Shown here one piece after another: positions 9,312-17,523 of a DNA stretch of 64,000 bases. Within the stretch, counting starts at the first letter, position 1, and each line of letters opens with the position of its first letter. This DNA is from a virus, in the IMG/VR virus record IMGVR_UViG_3300017969_000006, positions 1-64,000 of that record; one strand, 5' to 3'. The position numbers and the translations under genes were made by a program. Under the pieces are notes generated by a model. That model did not search any database, had not been told where the DNA came from, and was given only the letters and a program-made list of their open reading frames with translations.

Positions 9312-10070
9312 TTACCACTCAACTTCACGGAAATACATTACGCCGCCTTCACCATGCCGGGCATAACGTTCAGTCTGCTTCTGCATCTCAGCCACACGTG
9401 TCTGATACTCCGGGAGTGGACCTTTGTGCAGGTCATGAGAGTAATTACCACAGTAGTGCCCAATAACGGTCTTGCGTCGCTCTTTACCTGAGACTGGAGA
9501 ACCACGATGGGCCAGTTGGCTATGCCAAATCAAAACATCACCCTTCTTGCCTAGAAAAGTGAAAACATCAGAGTTGCGCTTCTCTGCTTCTTCCAAAATC
9601 AACGTTTCCATCAATTCTTCGCCAATATTCGGCTGTTCGATAATTTCGCGAGTCATCAGCGGAACAAGATTGTCCCACTTGTGCGAACCCGGAATCACCT
9701 CGAAAGGACCCGACGAAGGATCGATGTCTTCTAAACAGACAAAAACACCGATGTATGTGGACGCAGCGAATGGATCCTGTAAAACCGAATCTTTATGCCA
9801 CTTGCATTCAGTCGACTTTTGCATCGTCATTTCAATGTGTAGTGCAGCAGCCATCTCAATCTGAGAGAAAGCGTCCTCAATCGATGGATGGCACAACACA
9901 TCTTTGATTTCAACATGCTTGTTGTACTGCTCGGATCGACCCCAACCCGCCAAGGAGTCACCATGCTCTGCCTGATACATGTCAAGATATGCGTCAACGA
10001 CATGCTCTGGGATCGATTTCTCCAAAATGAAGAAACCGTCACGTTCATACTTCTCAGCAACTGTTGTCAT
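9312..10070 (-). CDS. Phytanoyl-CoA dioxygenase (PhyH) family 2OG-Fe(II) oxygenase
   Basis: YERDGFFIL, WHKD, VCLEDIDPSSGPFEVIPGSHKW, KKGDVLIWHSQLAHRG. Confidence 0.9.
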   Translation of the reverse strand: MTTVAEKYERDGFFILEKSIPEHVVDAYLDMYQAEHGDSLAGWGRSEQYNKHVEIKDVLCHPSIEDAFSQIEMAAALHIEMTMQKSTECKWHKDSVLQDPFAASTYIGVFVCLEDIDPSSGPFEVIPGSHKWDNLVPLMTREIIEQPNIGEELMETLILEEAEKRNSDVFTFLGKKGDVLIWHSQLAHRGSPVSGKERRKTVIGHYCGNYSHDLHKGPLPEYQTRVAEMQKQTERYARHGEGGVMYFREVEW

Positions 10071-10072
10071 GA

Positions 10073-11044
10073 TCAGAAACCTACCATTTGTTTATATTCT
10101 TCGCGCGAAAGATATTCCGTCGGCTCCACTTCGGAACCTTGAGCGAAAGTCCAGTACCCTTCAAATTTTCTTTGACCAGCCGAAAACCCACCCTTAACGC
10201 CATGAGCCATCCGGAACAAATCTGGAATAAGGAAATCGTTCTCTTGCCATTCCCACCAGATTTGGTTTTCCTTGACTGCGCAAATTTGACTTTGAACCCA
10301 GTCGATTATTTCACGGAAAAGAACATGTTCTTTCCCTGTCGGTAATCCATTCTGGACCAACAGTAGATAGTCCTGAACCCCCCAAGCGGCCGCACATGGA
10401 CATAGTCGCAGAACTGGGAAGCCGAAATCTGGGTGATTCTCAATGGCTGGTCGAGCAAACGAAGAGACGTAACGGTCTCCGTCCAGAGTCCAGATCTTAC
10501 GCACACCTTGATTAACTTTTCTCATGAATCGCGTTTTGAAATCATCTACTGATTCCGGTTCGGTCGACCAATTTGGCATATGGATAATCGTTGCTTCCGA
10601 AAGAAGTTTTACGTAATGAGAAGGCATCTTTGAAATAAGGTTTGCCATGTCCACAAAGCCGGTCTGTCCAGTTCCAGCAGGAGCAGAGAAGGTGTCCATG
10701 TTCCATCCCGCAGCCCGCTGTGGTGACCTCAACGACGCGCCCTCGACATGCCACTCAATGATCGTGTCGTCCGGAGCGTTGCGCCCCTCGCCATTCAACT
10801 GTGTGACCATTGAGTCATACTGTTGGGTATAGTGCCAGTGAAAAACACCGTCATTCGCATACGGCGTCCACGATAAGGATGAGCCGATAGCGGTGAGGAT
10901 TTGAAGAACATCTGACTCGGAGTATTCGACACCACGAAAAGCGAGTACGCCGGTTTTTTTGAATTGATCAATAAAAGCCGAAGGGTTATTTTGTATCTCT
11001 TCTACCGATACGCCTCGGAAGACAGAGAAGTTCGACTCATGCAT
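10073..11044 (-). CDS. TauD/TfdA family dioxygenase
   Basis: GVLAFRG, WHVEG, GQTGFVDM, IENHP, WQENDFLIPDLFRMAHG, distal R. Confidence 0.82.
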   Translation of the reverse strand: MHESNFSVFRGVSVEEIQNNPSAFIDQFKKTGVLAFRGVEYSESDVLQILTAIGSSLSWTPYANDGVFHWHYTQQYDSMVTQLNGEGRNAPDDTIIEWHVEGASLRSPQRAAGWNMDTFSAPAGTGQTGFVDMANLISKMPSHYVKLLSEATIIHMPNWSTEPESVDDFKTRFMRKVNQGVRKIWTLDGDRYVSSFARPAIENHPDFGFPVLRLCPCAAAWGVQDYLLLVQNGLPTGKEHVLFREIIDWVQSQICAVKENQIWWEWQENDFLIPDLFRMAHGVKGGFSAGQRKFEGYWTFAQGSEVEPTEYLSREEYKQMVGF

Positions 11045-11693
11045 CGTAGGGCTCTGAGAGGAAATGCTCAATTGCAGCACGAATCCTCAGCAACGCCTCT
11101 TCTGGAGAATAAGCGTCCTTGCCCATTTCGAAGTTTGCAGGGAGTAGGCACCCGTTGGTGAACCGAGCGCGACGTTTGCCGTCTCTGGAAACGACGAATT
11201 TTTCAAAGTTTCCGAGAATTGGACCATCGTCTACACCAAGTCGTTTGTACAGCGGGTGCGGTGCGAAGGTTTCGTCATCGTCATCACGGCTGTAACGCGA
11301 GGCCACAAGTTCAGTGAATGGCATTCGAACTCGGTAATGGGAGTATGCAAAGCGCTCACACTCCTCAGCGGTGCTTCGAGAATCTTTGAAGTCGCCATAA
11401 CCAAACTCGCAATAGTCATTCGTAGGTACGCACACAATTTTAAATCCGAGATGCGCATAGTCGTATTGGAGAACCTGCAAAATTGGGTACTGCATAGAGT
11501 TACCACATTCACCAGTGACATTGACAATCATCGTGACCTCCCCGTGCCGGTCGGCTAGGGCCTCTACATCACCGGTGACACTTTTTACGCTGATGTCATA
11601 GATGCTTTCCCCGTCAACAGTTGGACCCAAGTCGTGATCCCGCTGAAGAGTTTCAAGCATGTCGGAGGTGATTGCTGATTCCATGATCGTCAT
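11037..11693 (-). CDS. Glutathione peroxidase family (Cys-type)
   Basis: IVNVTGECG..QY..LQ, VPTNDY, GNFEKFVVSRDG; catalytic codon is TGT. Confidence 0.85.
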   Translation of the reverse strand: MTIMESAITSDMLETLQRDHDLGPTVDGESIYDISVKSVTGDVEALADRHGEVTMIVNVTGECGNSMQYPILQVLQYDYAHLGFKIVCVPTNDYCEFGYGDFKDSRSTAEECERFAYSHYRVRMPFTELVASRYSRDDDDETFAPHPLYKRLGVDDGPILGNFEKFVVSRDGKRRARFTNGCLLPANFEMGKDAYSPEEALLRIRAAIEHFLSEPYDA

Positions 11694-11780
11694 ATCGTCG
11701 ATTTTACACTACTGTCATCAGGTGATTTCGAAACTCTGGTACACTTGAGAGCGGTAGTCCCACCACGATCGGAGTCTAAA

Positions 11781-12011
11781 ATGGTTGCACTGAATAGTGT
11801 TTCTGACGAGTATAAGGCAGCACAAAAAGCCGAAGTCATTGCTACTCTCGAATCTGCTGTTTGGGCTTCTGCCGTGGCCTGCGGTGTGGATCCTGCCGAA
11901 TTGACGGCAGACTGGCAAATTCCTGCCGAAGATACCGTGCCGCCTCCGGGCGACCTTGAAGATCGCCTGTTTAGTCTTATCACCCGTCTTGAAGGGGCAC
12001 GAGGAGTCTGA
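11781..12011 (+). CDS. Small hypothetical protein (paralog family)
   Basis: GGAG RBS; KAEVIATLESAVWASAVACGVDPAELTADW. Confidence 0.7.
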   Translation: MVALNSVSDEYKAAQKAEVIATLESAVWASAVACGVDPAELTADWQIPAEDTVPPPGDLEDRLFSLITRLEGARGV

Positions 12012-12012
12012 A

Positions 12013-12225
12013 ATGGTTTTTAGCGACGGATTTGACGCAGCAGCAAAGGCTGAAGCGAAGGCAGAAGCAATCAGGATGATTGAAGAAAAAGTGTACACGT
12101 ACGGCCTTATTTGTGGTCTAGACGTGTCCTCACTGCCAGCAGACTGGACGCCAACTGAGGGCGTAGACTACGAAGAGGCACTCAAAGTGCTTATTGATCG
12201 ACTAGCATGGGCTAACACTCTCTAG
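12013..12225 (+). CDS. Small hypothetical protein (paralog family)
   Basis: GAGGAG RBS; KAEAIRMIEEKVYTYGLICGLDVSSLPADW. Confidence 0.7.
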   Translation: MVFSDGFDAAAKAEAKAEAIRMIEEKVYTYGLICGLDVSSLPADWTPTEGVDYEEALKVLIDRLAWANTL

Positions 12226-12242
12226 TCTGACGGAGGAACGTA

Positions 12243-12449
12243 ATGAACGCGGCACAAATTGCAGCAGCAAAATCAGAAGCAATTGATTTTCTTGAGTATT
12301 CAATCTTTGTTCTCTGTTCACTGCTTGATATCGATTCTGCCGGAGTCTCGCACCCATATGTGATCCCGGTCCCTGAGGACGACCCGCAGTATGATCAACA
12401 TCTTTCGCTTCAGAGGCAAGTTTCCGCCCACGCAACTGTTACGGCATAA
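12243..12449 (+). CDS. Small hypothetical protein (paralog family)
   Basis: GGAGG RBS; KSEAIDFLEYSIFVLCSLLDID. Confidence 0.7.
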   Translation: MNAAQIAAAKSEAIDFLEYSIFVLCSLLDIDSAGVSHPYVIPVPEDDPQYDQHLSLQRQVSAHATVTA

Positions 12450-12679
12450 TGGAATTTCGGGCCGAATCCCTTCGCGGCCAAAGACCAAAAAACTGGTCGG
12501 ATCGCATTAAAGAGGCAAACCTCTCAGAGGCTGAACTGTATCCAGACAACGATTCAAGTACTCGAGATCAAGCAATTTTCTGGTCAAAAGAGTCCGGTAC
12601 CGCAATGAACACAGAAACTGGACAAGTGTTTATTTGCGGTACGGTAGCGCTCGATCCACTGGAAGTAACGGAAAACTAA
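12449..12679 (+). CDS. Small hypothetical protein
   Basis: TAATG coupling; weak similarity to 5188..5340. Confidence 0.6.
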   Translation: MEFRAESLRGQRPKNWSDRIKEANLSEAELYPDNDSSTRDQAIFWSKESGTAMNTETGQVFICGTVALDPLEVTEN

Positions 12680-12680
12680 A

Positions 12681-13016
12681 ATGCCAAAATTCACGAATGT
12701 TGATACTGCGCCGTTTTACGACAACACGGCAAACCTTGAATGGGTTGAACAGGAACTTGCAACCGTTATGTACATCGCTGGTCTAGACCCAGAACAAACG
12801 CTGAACACGGTAACGATTGATGAAATCATTGACGCTATCGAGTCAACATTTGTTATCGGAGACCTACAGATCGCAGAGCAGATCTTCGGGAAAGATCGCC
12901 AAACTAACGGTGCTCAAGCCTACATCCGGAAATGCAACAACAAACTGGCCAACGTCGCTAGACGCCACTGGCGGGAACGGCACGTAGCGAAATGGTTGAG
13001 TGAAAATGAGTATTAA
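12681..13016 (+). CDS. Hypothetical protein, paralog of 4901..5191
   Basis: LATVMYIAGLDPEQ...VTIDEI. Confidence 0.65.
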   Translation: MPKFTNVDTAPFYDNTANLEWVEQELATVMYIAGLDPEQTLNTVTIDEIIDAIESTFVIGDLQIAEQIFGKDRQTNGAQAYIRKCNNKLANVARRHWRERHVAKWLSENEY

Positions 13017-13785
13017 TCCTGCAATCTCCAGAGCGCGAGTAGCGCGTATGCTTTCGTCTGATCAGACCGGTGAACAGTTTGATCACAAGATCCAAGTGAT
13101 GTCCGACTATGGTGAAACTGGACAGAACCTGATTGAAGCAACTTCACCGGACAAGCGAAGTATCGCAACTGGTGATGATCATTACTTTTTCCGCCACACC
13201 TCATATGTCGATATGAGCCCTGAGTGGAAAGAATCTGCGTGGGCAATGGGTGCAGGGTCAACGACGTTTACGGAATTGTACCAAGACTATTGTTTCGTTA
13301 ACGGGCCGGTAAAAGAACTTACGTGCGGCCTGCCACCAATCTGGCCAATCCCGGAGAACCTTCGAACCGGCAACGTCGAGACGTACATCCTCAACGAGGT
13401 CGAAGCGAAGATTTTTGAGCAATACATTCGCAACTCACCCGATTTTGCTGACTATGCCGACTTTAAGTATGGATTAGTTACATATCAGGAGATTATGGAT
13501 GGATCCCTGAATGAGACTTTCGACGTCATTCGTCTGGGTGTGCACCAGTTCGTAACCAGCACGAATACGCTGATTGATCGCCTATTCGACTGTCTGAAAC
13601 CAAACGGGTTGTTTTTCGGTCGCGGCATGGCTCACGGAACAGGCATGTATCTTGACGACATGACTGTGCATCAATCCTTCTGGGCGGACGTCAGCCGCTA
13701 TATTGCTAATAAAGAAAATGTGATGTCTCGACACGTTCCACTGCAAAATGGATTCGTTCTAGCGCGCAAACTACCAACAACGTAA
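13006..13785 (+). CDS. Hypothetical protein, possible divergent SAM-methyltransferase fold
   Basis: ETFDVIRL...RLFDCLKPNGLFF...HVPLQNGFVLARK typical of O-methyltransferase C-termini. Confidence 0.5.
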   Translation: MSINPAISRARVARMLSSDQTGEQFDHKIQVMSDYGETGQNLIEATSPDKRSIATGDDHYFFRHTSYVDMSPEWKESAWAMGAGSTTFTELYQDYCFVNGPVKELTCGLPPIWPIPENLRTGNVETYILNEVEAKIFEQYIRNSPDFADYADFKYGLVTYQEIMDGSLNETFDVIRLGVHQFVTSTNTLIDRLFDCLKPNGLFFGRGMAHGTGMYLDDMTVHQSFWADVSRYIANKENVMSRHVPLQNGFVLARKLPTT

Positions 13786-13797
13786 GAGGTAAATAAG

Positions 13798-14814
13798 ATG
13801 GCTCGGCTCTACGGACCAGAGGATGCAGTTAAGCACGCCTACCACAAGGTGACAGAATCTGATTTCAAGATCATCTCCGACATGGAGTACACCAACCACC
13901 CGGGTGGCGTGATGCATTTCCATCAGGCTATTGATGTCAATAAAGAAGAACTGCTTCCCTATATTGACATGATGGCCTATGTCCCCTCTTGCGGTCTTGA
14001 GATTATCAAAGACGACGACGGCAACATGTTGCACGGACAAACGTTTGACGGGAAGATCATCGACATGTCAGATCTTCTGCAACTGCCAATGCGTGTCGGT
14101 GGCATGGGAATGCCCGAGCCAGTAAACCCCACCACCCCGGAAAACATCCGAGAAATTTTTGAGCACATTGAAGAAATGATGTACTTCGGGCTGGTTCGCT
14201 ACTGCGACATTTACCCGCTCGTCATCAACACCCTTTGGTGGAGAGCACGCGGGCACTGTCTGAAATACGTTCCCGGCGCAACTTTGGGTCTTCATAACGA
14301 CAACGACACGAACTCGATCACGAAGAACGGTCAGCGTTTCTACTCCGAGCGAGAAATCGCAATGTATCAAACCACCAATTGTCTCGTTTATCTAAATGAT
14401 GATTACGAGGGCGGAGAGATGCATTTCCCTTATCTCGATGTGACCATCAAACCGAAGACGGGAGACATCATCTTCTTCCCCGGAAATTATATTGGCACTC
14501 ATGGGGTGGCCCCAGTGAAGTCAGGTGAGCGCTACACCTATCTTGCACAGTACGGTCATGGTGGACTGCACAAGTATGAGGTCGTTGAAGCGAACGAGAG
14601 CACCAACTGGCTTGCCCCAGTGTTCATGCCATTCCTTTATCAGGACGCGACACGATTCCAGATGTCCGAATTCTCAGATTTTGACAACAGCAAAGACATC
14701 GCGCTGGGGTTCCACTCTTCGACAATCTTCACTCAGGACAGATCAACCGAGGGGCCCCCAGTCGGAGAATACATTGAATACGGCGAGGAGTGGCGCGAAG
14801 CGATGCGTCACTGA
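13798..14814 (+). CDS. 2OG-Fe(II) oxygenase, prolyl 4-hydroxylase-like
   Basis: HND, YLNDDYEGGEMHF, KPKTGDIIFFP, THGV, ERYT. Confidence 0.9.
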   Translation: MARLYGPEDAVKHAYHKVTESDFKIISDMEYTNHPGGVMHFHQAIDVNKEELLPYIDMMAYVPSCGLEIIKDDDGNMLHGQTFDGKIIDMSDLLQLPMRVGGMGMPEPVNPTTPENIREIFEHIEEMMYFGLVRYCDIYPLVINTLWWRARGHCLKYVPGATLGLHNDNDTNSITKNGQRFYSEREIAMYQTTNCLVYLNDDYEGGEMHFPYLDVTIKPKTGDIIFFPGNYIGTHGVAPVKSGERYTYLAQYGHGGLHKYEVVEANESTNWLAPVFMPFLYQDATRFQMSEFSDFDNSKDIALGFHSSTIFTQDRSTEGPPVGEYIEYGEEWREAMRH

Positions 14815-15461
14815 AAAGGATCAGCGCCCGGCTGATTGCCTTGACCAAAAAACTCAAGATATGACACCCTGTGGCCAGATGTAATGTCAGTCACTGCGTG
14901 AGTTCCTAGATAGCCGGCTGAATAAATAAATGCTGATCCGGTTTTTGGCTTAAAGTCGAGATTCGGGTATTTGAATTGTAGGTTTCCACCTTCGCACGTG
15001 TCGCGAAGAATGAGAGATCCTGTCAAAACGGTCATGAGAGACGTTTCGCTCGCTTCACCATCACCTATGAGATTGTCATGGTGAAAACCCATTCCAGCGG
15101 TAACACCATAGGTCGCAACATGCGGTTGAGTTCTCCACCAAATACAAGGCCCCACTTCGGGGAAATGACTGATGTATCGGCGAACGCATTCACCCATTCC
15201 CTCATACATCGTATGAAAAAACTTTAAATCTTCGTCGTTTACTTCATGATCTAGACGAAGAAGTCTTCCCGGTGACATCTCGACTTCTTCAGCGGTGAAT
15301 CTGTATCCACCTCTGTTTAGGTACGTCCCATCGTCTTGAAGAATATAGTCGTCAGGCTGTTGCGCTTTGCGTCGTTCAATCCATCCACTAAGAAAGTCTT
15401 GATCGACTTCGATTACGTCATTAAACTCCATGACTCCGAAGCCATGAACGATCTCTTTCAC
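14808..15461 (-). CDS. 2OG-Fe(II) oxygenase
   Basis: HHD, EGGNLQF, KPKTG, THAV, RVSYL. Confidence 0.88.
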   Translation of the reverse strand: MKEIVHGFGVMEFNDVIEVDQDFLSGWIERRKAQQPDDYILQDDGTYLNRGGYRFTAEEVEMSPGRLLRLDHEVNDEDLKFFHTMYEGMGECVRRYISHFPEVGPCIWWRTQPHVATYGVTAGMGFHHDNLIGDGEASETSLMTVLTGSLILRDTCEGGNLQFKYPNLDFKPKTGSAFIYSAGYLGTHAVTDITSGHRVSYLEFFGQGNQPGADPFQ

Positions 15462-16030
15462 TCCGGATGACCAGCCGCTAAGTTCTCGGCGCGTTCACGC
15501 TCGTTGCGTAAACGTTTGAATGTTTTTGCTGACATGTCGTCACGGACATCCGTTAAAATTTTGTCCCAGTAGGCTGAAGTGAACAATTCACTTACCTCAC
15601 TGGCATGTTCTCCCGAAAGGTACATCGTATGTTCATCCGTGTAGCCATCTCGTCCGGGATGAGGCCAACCGTACAATCCCATTTCGACGTACTTGATTCC
15701 GGCGTCCGAAAGAATTGATGCAACTTCATGCTCGGATTCTTCGCCCCAAAGGCCATTTGCGTCACAGTAAATCCCGGAATAATTCAGGCTGGCGAACTTG
15801 CGAGCGATATCAAGACACGCTCCACCGTTGACGATGCAAATAACCACGTCTGCTTCGGCAGCAACTTTATCGAGTGTCTCAAGGTCTTCGATTGAATACT
15901 CTTCTGCTCGCGCCTTTGTTTCATCGCTGCGCTCTTCCGATGCCCATACGAGACGATGTCCGCTGTCAATCAGGGAATGTGCCAGAGTTCCTCCCATTTT
16001 TCCGGGATGAAGAATCGCAATGGTACTCAT
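15458..16030 (-). CDS. NAD(P)-binding Rossmann protein (6PGD/HIBADH N-terminal-like)
   Basis: IAILHPGKMG, LVWASEERS..T..RA, ADVVICIV, YCDAN, YLSG. Confidence 0.75.
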   Translation of the reverse strand: MSTIAILHPGKMGGTLAHSLIDSGHRLVWASEERSDETKARAEEYSIEDLETLDKVAAEADVVICIVNGGACLDIARKFASLNYSGIYCDANGLWGEESEHEVASILSDAGIKYVEMGLYGWPHPGRDGYTDEHTMYLSGEHASEVSELFTSAYWDKILTDVRDDMSAKTFKRLRNERERAENLAAGHPE

Positions 16031-16031
16031 G

Positions 16032-16847
16032 TCAGTTGAATCCAATCGGTGGGAGGATGGAATATCCTTCGGTCATGTAAACGTTAGATGCTGTGGCAGC
16101 AACGTCAGGTTCCGTAACCGGGTCTGCTACTGCTTCAAGATAATTCGCATTTGGAGAACCTTGACAATACCAGCCAAGGTATGAATATCTCCACCCCCCT
16201 GTCACCGTCTTGACTTCATGTGCCGCAAGATAATTTGCTGGGAAGAAAATCATATCTCCACGCTTCGGTTTGATGCTGATGTCGTAGTAAGAGAAACTAT
16301 GCTCGCCACCAGTGAAATTTGTTCCGTCGAGTTCTTCCTCAGTTTCAACATGATCGTTGATGTAGGCAACGACGGATACAGATGAGCGTGTGGCAAGTTG
16401 GTCGCGCGGATGAGGTTTTCCGTACTCGTAATCAGTACTCACATCTGAGTGAGGACCAAGAAATGCACCTTTAGGGTAGGCGACGATATGCCCGCGAATT
16501 TTCCACCAGATGGTTTTCCCGGCCATCGGGAATCGCTCAAGGTAATCCAGTAAGCAAGCATCGCGACGTGCCTCGATGTAATCAAGGGTTTCGATTACTT
16601 TCGGATCTGGATTCTGGTGGACCAAACTTCCTCTCCATGGCATTTCGTCGAGGGTGCCTTTTTCAAAAAAGAACTTGCTTCGATTGATGTAACCCTCTTT
16701 GCCAGTGATCGGATCAACACCTTCGGTGTATGACTCTGCACGTTCACGTTCGAGGGTCGTTTTGCAGAATTCGCGCATCCAATCCCAATCAAGGTCGAAT
16801 ACGTTTTTGTAGTGCACGATGCCGCCACCCAAATGTTCGCCATGCAT
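16032..16847 (-). CDS. 2OG-Fe(II) oxygenase
   Basis: HSD, AYIND, FTGGE, KPKRGDMIFFP, AHEV, RYSYL. Confidence 0.9.
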   Translation of the reverse strand: MHGEHLGGGIVHYKNVFDLDWDWMREFCKTTLERERAESYTEGVDPITGKEGYINRSKFFFEKGTLDEMPWRGSLVHQNPDPKVIETLDYIEARRDACLLDYLERFPMAGKTIWWKIRGHIVAYPKGAFLGPHSDVSTDYEYGKPHPRDQLATRSSVSVVAYINDHVETEEELDGTNFTGGEHSFSYYDISIKPKRGDMIFFPANYLAAHEVKTVTGGWRYSYLGWYCQGSPNANYLEAVADPVTEPDVAATASNVYMTEGYSILPPIGFN

Positions 16848-16849
16848 GT

Positions 16850-17521
16850 TTATGCCTCCTCAGGAAAAATACTACTCAAATATCTCATCGAGCCACGTAT
16901 GGTATTTGCAAAAGTTTCGTCATGAGCGGCAATTCTTAATGTTCTCACCCGTGCCCAAAATTTTGACATACGTAAACGCGGAGCACCACCAGTAACCGGC
17001 AGAACTTCGTGCTGGTACTGGTGCCCGCATGGAAATACGACAAGCATTCCGGCCGTCGGTTTAACTGTCACGTTTATCTTGTTGAATGATATTTGACCAC
17101 CATGGTAATTATCGTTGAAATACAAGAGAGTGACGAATTCATTGAATGCTCTGGGTAGTCGCGTTCCATTGGGTCCAAAGTCAAGATCACCTCGTCCTGT
17201 GAGATGATCCCAGTGTCTGCCCATCACAAAGTTGTCAGCGCAACGCTCAAGAAATAGCCCGTGATCAGTTGCTACATCTTCACCACAAGTTTTCGCAAGA
17301 AGGTCACGCATACGATCAACGAGCAAAGTCTCATTATTGAGAACGTTATTGTCGATTGCGACGATTGTAGGATCGGTAATGTCAATTGCCTCAACATCAT
17401 TCTGGAGTTCGGCCCGATCCCAAAAATGATCTTCACGCATCAAACCATTCCAGTATGCGACTTCTTCTAGAGATAAGAAGTCTTTAACTATTCGCATGCC
17501 ATCAATAGATTGAATATCCAT
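16850..17521 (-). CDS. 2OG-Fe(II) oxygenase
   Basis: HWD, LYFNDNYHGGQISF, KPTAGMLVVFP, QHEV, R. Confidence 0.9.
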   Translation of the reverse strand: MDIQSIDGMRIVKDFLSLEEVAYWNGLMREDHFWDRAELQNDVEAIDITDPTIVAIDNNVLNNETLLVDRMRDLLAKTCGEDVATDHGLFLERCADNFVMGRHWDHLTGRGDLDFGPNGTRLPRAFNEFVTLLYFNDNYHGGQISFNKINVTVKPTAGMLVVFPCGHQYQHEVLPVTGGAPRLRMSKFWARVRTLRIAAHDETFANTIRGSMRYLSSIFPEEA

Positions 17522-17523
17522 TT

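Noticed and set aside
11037-11693. Selenocysteine glutathione peroxidase
   Set aside because: Catalytic codon is TGT (Cys); no in-frame TGA.
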